NCBI GenBank assembly: GCA_041746255.1
Contig: JBGTHM010000100.1
Coordinates: 120,912 to 184,911, forward strand
DNA from: Fibrobacteria bacterium
GTDB lineage: Bacteria > Fibrobacterota > Fibrobacteria > UBA11236
Direction: 5' to 3'
DNA length: 64,000 nt
Shown: positions 48,798 through 57,578 of the stretch, piece after piece
Layout: every line of letters begins with the position of its first letter
How positions within the stretch are numbered: the first letter of the stretch is position 1
Position numbers and translations under genes: made by a program
The notes under the pieces: model-generated
Seen by the model: the letters and a program-made list of their open reading frames with translations, nothing else
What the model was told of the DNA's origin: nothing
The model's database searches: none

Positions 48798-50177
48798 TTA
48801 CTCAAGGGGTCCATAATGATGGCTGGGACCGTCATGTTCGTGCCATGTCGCCAACGTTCTGGGATTGGCCCGCACCGTGAGGGCTTTAGTGACCTTACCC
48901 GCGGCAGCGTCAATCTGCGTCACCGTGCCGTCAAGGTTATTGGCCACGAAAAAGTATTTATCATCCCCGCTCAAGCACTCGCCGTGATGGCTTCGGCTTT
49001 TACCGATGTCCAGCGAAGCGATTTGGATCGGGTTGGCCAGATCGGTGATGTCGAGCACCAGGTGTTTTGCAGCCGAACCCGTGGGATCGGTGAACCCGGA
49101 AGCCAGTTGCACATACAGCTTGTTACCGGCGATCTTGATATGACCCGGTCCCGCCGTGGCCTCCGGCTTGCCGAGGATGGATTCGGTGCAATTCGGTCCG
49201 GTGTATTTGACCGCGACTTCCTTCACCACGCTATCGACCTGGGCGTCGATCACCACGATTTGCCCGACCTGGCAAACGGCCCCGGGCAGCGTGGTATGGC
49301 CTTCGCGCGGGGTGCTTTGCAACGAATAGACATAGCGGCCTTTGCCCTTGGTATAGCCGCCGCCCGACCCTGATGTTTTGAGCAACCGCGCCGTGGGCGG
49401 GTTGGCGTCGATATCCACCGAAATGATGTCGCCGGTGCCGGTGGCGTTGCAATAACCTTTGCCGTTCAAAGCGGAGGTGGCGCAGCCGTGGGGCGCGGCC
49501 GATCCCTGAATGCCCAGGTCATCCGCCGACCAGGCGGCTACTTCGGTGATGGCGGCAGGATTGGAATAATCGTACACACCCAAAACCTTGGCCGCGTCGT
49601 TGATATTTGTGATCACCACGCGATGCCGGCTTTTGCTGAAGCAAGCTTTGTGATGGCCGACGCCGATACCCACCTCGCCAACGACCTTGATCGAGGCGGT
49701 ATCCGAAGGCGTACTCAGGTCGATGAACAGGGCCGAGTTAGCGGCGGCCGTGTTGCCGGTGGAGGGCCCATCGTTCAGGGCCATCCAATACTGCTTGCCG
49801 TCGTATTTAGGCGAGATGTAGGAATGCACGGGGCGCACCGCCTGGCTGCCGGAAAGGGCGGAGGGAATGCGCTTGATTTGCACCATGCTTTTGCCGTTTA
49901 CCACCAATACCTCATTGCGGTTGGTGAGATTCACAAGTAAGGTGCCGTTACTCAGCGACTGGATGTCGGTAGGGCCGGAAACATCGACGATTTCGCCCGC
50001 CTGCTGTTCCCCTGTGGCAATATCATAGGACGTAATCGATCCTTCATGGGCCACGAAGAGCAGATGCTTGTGTTGGTGGGTGTGCCCATGGTCATCGGTT
50101 AAGCAGCCGCTGAACAATGCGGTCGTAAAAATTGCAGGTACAAGAATTATAATCGAAAATAGGAACTGGTGACGCAT
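48798..50177 (-). CDS. His-rich beta-propeller lipoprotein (AztD/YncE-like)
   Basis: GAGGAG RBS before ATG 50177, lipobox FSG-C, DDHGHTHQHKH, PVH, GHHK, PHG, SHHG, FVANNLDGTVTQID, SHHYGP. Confidence 0.75.
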   Translation of the reverse strand: MRHQFLFSIIILVPAIFTTALFSGCLTDDHGHTHQHKHLLFVAHEGSITSYDIATGEQQAGEIVDVSGPTDIQSLSNGTLLVNLTNRNEVLVVNGKSMVQIKRIPSALSGSQAVRPVHSYISPKYDGKQYWMALNDGPSTGNTAAANSALFIDLSTPSDTASIKVVGEVGIGVGHHKACFSKSRHRVVITNINDAAKVLGVYDYSNPAAITEVAAWSADDLGIQGSAAPHGCATSALNGKGYCNATGTGDIISVDIDANPPTARLLKTSGSGGGYTKGKGRYVYSLQSTPREGHTTLPGAVCQVGQIVVIDAQVDSVVKEVAVKYTGPNCTESILGKPEATAGPGHIKIAGNKLYVQLASGFTDPTGSAAKHLVLDITDLANPIQIASLDIGKSRSHHGECLSGDDKYFFVANNLDGTVTQIDAAAGKVTKALTVRANPRTLATWHEHDGPSHHYGPLE

Positions 50178-50205
50178 ATTTGAATCTCCTCGGAAAATAT
50201 TTTTG

Positions 50206-50433
50206 TCATTGTGTGCAGCCGCATCCGCCGCCGGGCGTGCCGCCCGGCAATTCCGCCGCGGTGGCGGTCTGCTGAACCTTGTTGTTGTACTCGTTGCGAA
50301 GTTCATTTCGGGAAAAAGGCGACTGCATGCATTTGCGCGCCAAATCACCCCTTTGATAGGGCAATACCCGGGCGCAATCCATGAGGAACAAAGCCGACAA
50401 TAGCAAAACCAAACTTGAGAATTTTTTCCGCAT
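50206..50433 (-). CDS. DUF4266 family small lipoprotein
   Basis: Signal peptide + C-ARVLPYQRGDLA..CM, C-terminal GGGCGC. AAGGA upstream. Confidence 0.82.
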   Translation of the reverse strand: MRKKFSSLVLLLSALFLMDCARVLPYQRGDLARKCMQSPFSRNELRNEYNNKVQQTATAAELPGGTPGGGCGCTQ

Positions 50434-50480
50434 ACTTCATCCTTCGCGAAATGGGACGGCCAAGCACGCGCCAAATCCAA

Positions 50481-50500
50481 CGCGGATTGCGTAATCCCCG
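50481..50500. promoter_or_regulatory. Palindromic candidate operator upstream of the DUF4266 operon
   Basis: CGCGGATTGCGTAATCCCCG, with core GGATT-GCGT-AATCC about 50 bp upstream of the start codon. Confidence 0.4.
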
Positions 50501-51207
50501 CCTATTTGATGATGGAACTCATGCCAGTGGCGTGAATCAGGCGATGGGAATTTTTTGCAGAAGCTCTTGGAAGGGATCGAGATGTGATTGGACCTGTGAA
50601 CGCAGCCACCCGCTGATCGGATCGGGGATTGGCGGCTGCAAAGGAGTTTCCGGACAGAGCGTCACTATGAATTGCCCCAGCTGTACGTAAATGCCGAAAG
50701 GAGGAATTTACCGTCATGAGATATAATCTAGTTCGGGAATTTGGAAAGTACCTGGAAATTTCCCCCATAAAATATTTTTCCTGTTTAAGATATTCCATTT
50801 TTAAAGACTGAGAGATTCCCGCTTCCGAAACCGGGTGAACAAATGCGCGTTCTGGTTTTCATCTTCAATTTTACGGGGTAAAACGTGCACCCAATGCACC
50901 GTTAAAGGGATCGTAGGTTGGAATAGCGCCCGCCAAGTTCCTAACCCAATGGCGACTCCGCCAACCACCTCCTGCACAGGCGTTGAATTCGGGCCGGCAG
51001 TTTTCACTAACACTACTGCTCCAAGAAAAGGGATGAATTGGCCGGAAGAAAATTTCTCGTAAAACCTTCCAAAATCCTCTCTCAGGGAAGAATTCGTTGC
51101 CTGGCTAATATCTTAAACAACTTTTCAAACAAATTCGCCCCCAAAAACTTTTTGGACGGTAAGTTTAATCCATAAATAATCCATTAACCAAAAAATTGGG
51201 GTTGGAA

Positions 51208-52551
51208 ATGGGAAAATTCGTTACTCTTCGCAGATTGATGTATTCGTTGACAATAGTGCCGCTCTGCCTGGCTTCAATCGGGTTCGCGCAAACGACGAAA
51301 AAGATGACCCAACTGGCGCATTTGAAGCTGTCCAAAGCCGGTAATGCGGGTATTTGGGGCTGGGTCGCGCCGGACGGCTCCGAATATGCTTTGCCCACAA
51401 CGCGCAGCGGCGTGGCCGTGGTAAGCCTGAAGGACCCCAAGAACCCGAAGGAACTCTTCCATCTCGATTCGCCGCAAGGCAACTGGCATGAGCTGCTGAC
51501 GGTTAGAAACTATCTGTACAAATGTGCCGAACAAGGGCGTGTCGGCATGCAGATTTGGGATCTTTCCCCCCTTCCCAACGCGAAACCAAAGGAACTTGCG
51601 GGATGGATGGGGGTAAGTACCTGCCATTCCCTTTGGTCCGACACCCTTGTGACTCCGCATCGCCTTTACGTGGAAGGGTCGAATGACACAAAAATCCTAT
51701 CCCTTGCGAATCCCGCCAAACCCGTGCTGGTGGGCACAATCAAGGGCGAAGTTCACGACGGAATGGCCAGGGGGGGGCGGGTATTTATCAGTACGGGGAA
51801 CCGGAAAACCGTCGACATTTTTGACGCAACCGATCCCGCCAGGCCTCAGCTTCTCGGCCGCGCCGCGATTGGAGAAGTCTCCCGGAGTCTTGGGGAGCCT
51901 GCAGGATACTCCCATAACATCTGGCTTACCGACGACAATCGCTATGCCTTCACCACCGAGGAGACCAATGGCTGTACCGTCAAGATGTGGGACATCTCCG
52001 ATATAAAGTCTCCCAAGTTCACCGGAGGAAAGTATCTCGCGGGTCGGGGCATGGCCCACAACGCCTATATTCGCAAGCATCTTCTCTACTTGTCCCATTA
52101 CGGCATGGGAATTCGCGTCATCGATTTCAAGGACCCTAAAAACCTAGTGGAGGTGGCTTTCCACAACCCCGGAGGCTCTTCGTGGGGCTGCTTTCCCTGG
52201 CTACCGTCGGGACTGATCATCCATGGCAATGGTGGATTGAGGGTAGTTGAACCCGATGCCGATATAAAGATCGTGGGAAAGCAAGTGGTTTCCATCTCGG
52301 GCAGACATTCCCTTGGAGGGTTCAAGGTCAACGCCCTGCGGGAGGGAATTAGCTACCAACTACCCGGACAGGGGAGGTACACCCTCTCCATCCTCAATCC
52401 CATGGGAAGGGAGTTGCACTGGGAAGAGGGGACTGGCGCCGTGGGCCTGCGGACCCTGGACATGGGGAGGCAATGGCCATCCGGCAACTACCTAGTGAGA
52501 TTGCACCAGGGTCAGGAGGCCTTCACCGCCCCAGTCACCCTCGGACGATAG
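51208..52551 (+). CDS. Secreted LVIVD-repeat / choice-of-anchor-B-like beta-propeller with sorting-like tail
   Basis: IWGW..PDGSEYA, CHSLW, VHD, SHNIW, TTEE, AHN, SHY..GIRVID, SWG.FP.LPSG. Start is 51208 or 51238. Confidence 0.82.
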   Translation: MGKFVTLRRLMYSLTIVPLCLASIGFAQTTKKMTQLAHLKLSKAGNAGIWGWVAPDGSEYALPTTRSGVAVVSLKDPKNPKELFHLDSPQGNWHELLTVRNYLYKCAEQGRVGMQIWDLSPLPNAKPKELAGWMGVSTCHSLWSDTLVTPHRLYVEGSNDTKILSLANPAKPVLVGTIKGEVHDGMARGGRVFISTGNRKTVDIFDATDPARPQLLGRAAIGEVSRSLGEPAGYSHNIWLTDDNRYAFTTEETNGCTVKMWDISDIKSPKFTGGKYLAGRGMAHNAYIRKHLLYLSHYGMGIRVIDFKDPKNLVEVAFHNPGGSSWGCFPWLPSGLIIHGNGGLRVVEPDADIKIVGKQVVSISGRHSLGGFKVNALREGISYQLPGQGRYTLSILNPMGRELHWEEGTGAVGLRTLDMGRQWPSGNYLVRLHQGQEAFTAPVTLGR

Positions 52552-52869
52552 CCATCCTCGCCCGCTACTCCCCGGTTCCGAATAGCTTCCCATTGTCCTG
52601 AGACATTGCCGGTTGACGAGGGAGCGCCGTGGAGTACTTTGCAGGAGGTATTCGAGAGCAACAAGCTTGAATCCAGCAAGGAAGGTTCGTGGCGCCGCAA
52701 CTGTACCAAGGTATCAGTGGTGAAGTTGCCGTTCCTCCATCCTCCAGAGCGCGTGAAAGGTTTTTGGGTTGTAGACCCCACTTTTGATAGACGCTACGGG
52801 ATAATCCGCGATCTGCTCCATTCCAGCACCCTGTCCCTGGTAAGATCTTGGACGACGGTAACCATTCAT

Positions 52870-53082
52870 GCTATCCGAATCGTGGAAAGAACCGAAGCAA
52901 ACGGAAAGGTGGTGCAATCAATAGAATACCGTGCGACGACTCAAGCCGAAGTTCCCCTTAAAAACGTAATCTATGAGTTTAAAGAATTCGGGAACGACGA
53001 AGTTGAATTAGCCACGACTGCGAACATTACTCCGACTGTACAGGTACCCGCGTGGATGGTAAGCATGTCATTTTTTGTGTAA
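52870..53082 (+). pseudogene. Internally deleted START-like domain remnant
   Basis: IEYRATTQAEVPL is joined directly to NVIYEFKEFGNDEVEL....TPTVQVPAWMV. These resemble the N- and C-terminal ends of a START domain with the middle missing. Confidence 0.4.
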
Positions 53083-53483
53083 ACATGCTAAATCACTTCG
53101 CGGTACTGGCGCTAATTGAAACGGATGTCTATTTGTAGGTTTTCACTTCCGAACAAATTCAGACCATAGTAATGTTTTTCCTTGATTTACACAAACATGG
53201 TTATTTGATTGCCGGCATTTTTTACGGAGGTTGGTTATCTCCTCTCGGGTACTTGGTCTTCAAGTCGGAAATGTTTCCAAAGATTATCGGAATCGGTTTG
53301 ATGGCGGCAACCGCTGGCCACTTGTCCGAACTATTCCCTGTATTTCTATTCCCAGGTAACGAGGAATTTTCTTACCCAGGCCTCGCTATCGCGTCACTGG
53401 GCGAACCGTCCTTTTGTCTTTGGCTCTTGATCAGGGGAGCGAAAGAGAGGAAAGGCCAGGGACGAATAATAAATGAAATTTAA
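53067..53483 (+). pseudogene. DUF4386 family membrane protein, 5'-truncated with internal stop
   Basis: VIFCVNMLNHFAVL..DVYL*VFTSEQIQ..MFFLDLHKHGYLIAGIFYG.WL.PLGYLVFKS..FPKIIG...GE..FCLWLLIRG. In-frame TAG at 53136-53138. Confidence 0.7.
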
Positions 53484-53552
53484 TAACCGAATTTTTAATA
53501 AATATTAATTATCTTATCCCGGATTTTTTAACCCTATTTGGAGAATATGCAT

Positions 53553-55772
53553 ATGAAAGATTATCTTAGGCGGTCAAAGTTTTTACAAGCCGGAGGATTG
53601 ATGACCCTCTTGCTATTGGGGGGTTGCCTACAACCCGAACCTGTAGAGGAAAGGATAAATACCCGTATAAGCGATAATACTGCTTCCCCTTCGGCAGCAT
53701 TAGTACGTGTGGATAAGGTGACTAATATTCGTGCGCTGGCCATCATCGTAAATTTTTCGGATATCCAAGCCAGCGGTTCCCAAGCACAATTCGCTTCGAT
53801 GCTTAATACGAACAGCGGTTACACGGGCGGGGGAAACAATGGTTCCGTACGTGAATATTACCGGAAGCAGTCCAATGGAAAAGCCAACCTGAGTTTTGAG
53901 GTCGTTAGCGTGAAGATGCCAAGGCCACATAGCTACTATATCAATAATTTTAACATCTCCCCTCCCTGGGACGGACATCAAGCTCTCGTACGCGAAGTTC
54001 TGGCAGCAGTTAAAAAAAATTACCCAAATGGTTTCAACGGATTGTCCAAACATCCCCAGCATAACCAGATTTGGAGCGTAAGCCTTTTAATGGCCTGGCC
54101 ACATGGCGGCGGAGCGAATTTCGGTGTGGAACAAAGCCAAAATGTAGGCGTAATGAATAATGGAATCACCGTTCCCGTCGGATTGGTCAACACCACTTAT
54201 TTCCCCGTCTCCGAATCGCCTAAAATACCCACTCTGATCCATGAATTAGGGCATAATATTTTTGAATGGAACGACTATTATTACCACTACTCCGACGGTT
54301 CCATGCAAAATCTTGGGCATTATTGCCTGATGGGTTCAGGCGGAAACAACACCTCTCCAATGCCCATCAATCCCGGACTTAGACTTCAACAGGGCTGGAT
54401 TGACACGGTGGTTGAAATTTCCAAAACCACAAAAACCACCTACAAGGTTTCGGCTAATAGCACCACCAAAATTTTCAAATACACCAACCCAAAAAATGCC
54501 AGGGAATATTATTTGATAGAAGCGCTTCGGCACGGAAACTATTATGTGAGTATCGATGCGGACGGTTGGCCCACGGATCAGGGACTGGCCATTTGGTATG
54601 TTCACGAAACCGACGGTCCTTCAACCCCACATTTATATGTAAAGCTTGTCCAAGCGGATCACCGTGACGATATGAGCCATCCTGAGTCCGAAAACGCCCA
54701 ATTTCTGAGGGGCGACCTTACCGATCTGTTTGATAACAGCAATACCTTCGATAATTTGGGCTATACCGCATTCTCATGGAAAGACGGCAGTCCGACGAAC
54801 ATGTATCTCGAAAAGATTTCCGCGCCGGGTGCTACCATGAATTTCACGTCCGTACCCTTAGCCCAGCAGCCAATCGCCACCTTACCGGGGCGTGTAGAAG
54901 CGGAACGCTACAATTTGGGTGGACCGAATAAGGGCTATAAAGATTTGACCCCTGGAAATAGTGGCGGTCAATATCGACCCTACGACGGTGTTGATATCGA
55001 AGATTCTTACGATGTGGGCGGAGGATTCAATTTGGCTTACGTCCAAGCGGGTGAGTGGGTCAATTATACCGTCAATGTCTCTGCTTCCGGTTTTTATGAT
55101 TTCACCGCCCGGCTCAGTTCCGCAGATGTCGGTACCAAGAAGGTCATCTTGAAAGTGAACGGAACAAGCGTCGGCACATTTTCCTTTACGGACGCATCCG
55201 GATGGCAAAGCTGGAGAAACGTTGCTCTACCCAGAATTAAATTGAATGCAGGGACGCATACCCTACAGCTTTTTTTCGAAACGGCCGGGATGAACGTGAA
55301 CTATTTCAGCGCGGTTCGCAGCCCAGCGACGGCAGAAATGCTCGCAAACGGAAATTTCAATAATGGATTGGCGCAATGGACTGCCCAATATTCCGGTACC
55401 GCTACAGGAACATGGAGCGTAAGTGGTGGACTTGCAAAAGCTGCAATCACCAATGCCGGAACCAAGATAAGTGAAATCCAAATCTACCAGCGCGTTGCTT
55501 TAACCGCCGGAAAGACTTATCGTTTGGCCTTTGACGCGCGCGGTGAAACCACGCCAAAAAAATTCAACGTGGTAGTTGAGCACCATGGCACCCCGTTTAC
55601 GAAATACCATAATAAACAGTATTCCGTTACCGTAGCAGCCAATACATCCCAACGTTTCACCATCGATTTCAAACCAACCGCCACGGATTCCGATGTCAGA
55701 ATAGGCTTCCAGTTGGGAACCTATAACGTAAAGGATTTTTGGTTGGATAATGTGACGTTGAAACAACTGTAG
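53553..55772 (+). CDS. M6 (immune inhibitor A-like) metalloprotease lipoprotein with CBM6 and CBM4/9-like modules
   Basis: Lipobox LGG-C, NGSVREYY..QSNG, HELGH....DYY, YCLMGSG, EYYLIE, GLAIW.V; PGRVEAERY..GEWVNYTV..GWQSW; NGNF...WLDNV. Confidence 0.88.
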   Translation: MKDYLRRSKFLQAGGLMTLLLLGGCLQPEPVEERINTRISDNTASPSAALVRVDKVTNIRALAIIVNFSDIQASGSQAQFASMLNTNSGYTGGGNNGSVREYYRKQSNGKANLSFEVVSVKMPRPHSYYINNFNISPPWDGHQALVREVLAAVKKNYPNGFNGLSKHPQHNQIWSVSLLMAWPHGGGANFGVEQSQNVGVMNNGITVPVGLVNTTYFPVSESPKIPTLIHELGHNIFEWNDYYYHYSDGSMQNLGHYCLMGSGGNNTSPMPINPGLRLQQGWIDTVVEISKTTKTTYKVSANSTTKIFKYTNPKNAREYYLIEALRHGNYYVSIDADGWPTDQGLAIWYVHETDGPSTPHLYVKLVQADHRDDMSHPESENAQFLRGDLTDLFDNSNTFDNLGYTAFSWKDGSPTNMYLEKISAPGATMNFTSVPLAQQPIATLPGRVEAERYNLGGPNKGYKDLTPGNSGGQYRPYDGVDIEDSYDVGGGFNLAYVQAGEWVNYTVNVSASGFYDFTARLSSADVGTKKVILKVNGTSVGTFSFTDASGWQSWRNVALPRIKLNAGTHTLQLFFETAGMNVNYFSAVRSPATAEMLANGNFNNGLAQWTAQYSGTATGTWSVSGGLAKAAITNAGTKISEIQIYQRVALTAGKTYRLAFDARGETTPKKFNVVVEHHGTPFTKYHNKQYSVTVAANTSQRFTIDFKPTATDSDVRIGFQLGTYNVKDFWLDNVTLKQL

Positions 55773-55779
55773 CTCTGTA

Positions 55780-55847
55780 GGGTATGATATTCCTTATCGT
55801 ACCCAAATCCTACGCGCATGTCTTCATCCGTTGATATGGACATGCGC
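55780..55847 (+). terminator. Two tandem hairpins between the convergent M6 protease and trmH genes
   Basis: GGGTATGATA/TATCGTACCC (55780-55804) and GCGCATGTC/GACATGCGC (55814-55847). Confidence 0.5.
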
Positions 55848-55980
55848 ATGGAAAAGAACGGGACCAGAACAGCCTTCCAGCACGTCTCACCGACCGCCTG
55901 TGTTTACGGTTAATGCACGTTTTTAAAAACGATTGTAGATCAATTTGGTTGGGCCCAGACGCCAACTTCTGACGTTCCAA

Positions 55981-56649
55981 TCAATCCATGAAATGCAATG
56001 GGGAATTCTGATCCACCCCCACCGCGCTCCTCTCGAAGAACGTAGCCAATAACTCCGCCCGCTCTTCCCCGTTCAAAGCGTAACGCTCCCGCCCCTCCTT
56101 CGCAAGCCACCCATTCAGCGCCGCCATAATCACACCCGCGCATACCGACACGTTCATACTCTCCGTCAAACCGTGCTGCGGGATCCGGAAACGGCAATCC
56201 GCCGCCGCCAGGGTATCGGCATGGTTACCCATCGTTTCCGATCCCATATAAAAAGCCGTCGGCTCGGAAAAATCCATCTCGTACAAACTTTCTTCCGCCG
56301 CCGTCGAGGCCACCGCGATGCGATATCCGCGCGACTTCAAATGCTTCAGGCAGTTTATCCTTTTTTTATAGCGGTAAATATCCATCCATTTATAACTGCC
56401 TTTGAGAATCGCGCGCGATATTTGATACGAATTTAATTCTTCGATGATATGCACGTCTTGAAACCCGAATACTTCGCTGGTGCGGATGATGGCGCTGATA
56501 TTGTGTTGGTCTTTCAAATCCTCCAGCACGAAGGTGAAATGGCGGGTGCGGGCGTTTACCGCATTTTGCAGCAGGGTGCGGCGGCTATCGGTGAGCTTAT
56601 AGCCGAATTTTTCGATGAGGGCTTCGATGGCGGGATCATTGCTTGTCAT
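55981..56649 (-). CDS. trmH: TrmH/SpoU family RNA methyltransferase
   Basis: RT..FT.VLED..D.HNISAIIRT, GSE..G, IPQ.GLTESMNVSV. Start ATG 56649. Confidence 0.88.
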   Translation of the reverse strand: MTSNDPAIEALIEKFGYKLTDSRRTLLQNAVNARTRHFTFVLEDLKDQHNISAIIRTSEVFGFQDVHIIEELNSYQISRAILKGSYKWMDIYRYKKRINCLKHLKSRGYRIAVASTAAEESLYEMDFSEPTAFYMGSETMGNHADTLAAADCRFRIPQHGLTESMNVSVCAGVIMAALNGWLAKEGRERYALNGEERAELLATFFERSAVGVDQNSPLHFMD

Positions 56650-56711
56650 GGGAGGATAATATAGCCATGACCCTGGGGTTCGGAAGGGTGCTTGTGTCGG
56701 CAAATACCGGT

Positions 56712-57578
56712 TTAGGGGAGCTTGAGAAAGGCCTCCAGCTTAAGCCTTTCTTCCAGAGTCCAGCCGGGGTGCTTAAGCACCTCCTCGCGGCCGGCCGCTT
56801 CCATTTTGCGGGCGGCTTCCGTGATATCCACAATCACTTCGCGGATTTTACCGAATACGATATTCTTGAACATTCCCAAATTCATAATGCCGTTTACGAA
56901 GCCATTACCCGGGAATACCAGAATATGCATGTTATACGCCACCCGTTTGTTTGAATTACCCACCGGTTTGTAGGAGAAATCCATCAGGGCCGGGCCTCGA
57001 AGGCGCCACCAGGCCACTTCCGCGCTTCCATAGCCGAAATAGAATAAGCGCCGCTCCTCGGTATCTCCCGATATATGGCGTACATCTCCTTTCAGGCGTT
57101 TGCCCTTCTCACCCTGGAAATGCTTCCGCTTCGCACCATCCAGGTAGGTTGCGCTATAAGGTTCCTTTTGGAAATGGCTGATAAGGCGCGCCGCCAGGGG
57201 AATGTCATTCAAAAGGTACGCCAACCTTTCCGGACTGATTTGCACCGAGTCCACGACCTCGTAGACAACGCGGTATTCCATGCCCAGATATCGGTACAGA
57301 CGGTAACCGATATCGGGAACCGTGGGCGTCACTCCCCGGGAAAACAGAAGCTTGGGCACGCGGCATTGTTCCGCATCGAAATTAACCTTTGGCTTACCCA
57401 AAGATTGTTTCGAGGGACAATGGCCTCCGGGTACAGGCAGGTCGCAGTAGTAGAGAACGCTACAATAATTGAGGCGTCCTTCGGTGAGGTTGGTCGTATC
57501 GCCGTACAATGGGGAAAAAATACCGGAAAGAATCAGGAAAAGCCACAACAATACGGAAGGCGCGGCTTGTGAATTCAC
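56712..57578 (-). CDS. Conserved-looking exported hypothetical protein
   Basis: Signal peptide, four N-terminal Cys, GTGA-coupled to fabF. Confidence 0.7.
   Translation of the reverse strand: MNSQAAPSVLLWLFLILSGIFSPLYGDTTNLTEGRLNYCSVLYYCDLPVPGGHCPSKQSLGKPKVNFDAEQCRVPKLLFSRGVTPTVPDIGYRLYRYLGMEYRVVYEVVDSVQISPERLAYLLNDIPLAARLISHFQKEPYSATYLDGAKRKHFQGEKGKRLKGDVRHISGDTEERRLFYFGYGSAEVAWWRLRGPALMDFSYKPVGNSNKRVAYNMHILVFPGNGFVNGIMNLGMFKNIVFGKIREVIVDITEAARKMEAAGREEVLKHPGWTLEERLKLEAFLKLP

Noticed and set aside
50200..50215. TGA after CGCTQ as possible selenocysteine readthrough
   Set aside because: DUF4266 proteins normally end just after GGGCGC, and no SECIS-like hairpin is evident before the next RBS.
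50178..50480. ORF-track N-terminal extension of the propeller gene overlapping DUF4266 (possible fusion or frameshift)
   Set aside because: ATG 50177 has a strong GAGGAG RBS and begins a lipoprotein signal peptide. The extension is an off-frame reading of DUF4266.
50502..51062. Short ORFs (98, 70 and 75 aa) between DUF4266 and the LVIVD gene; possible transposase remnant or NiCo-type riboswitch
   Set aside because: No recognisable protein motifs, terminal repeats or riboswitch consensus could be matched by eye.
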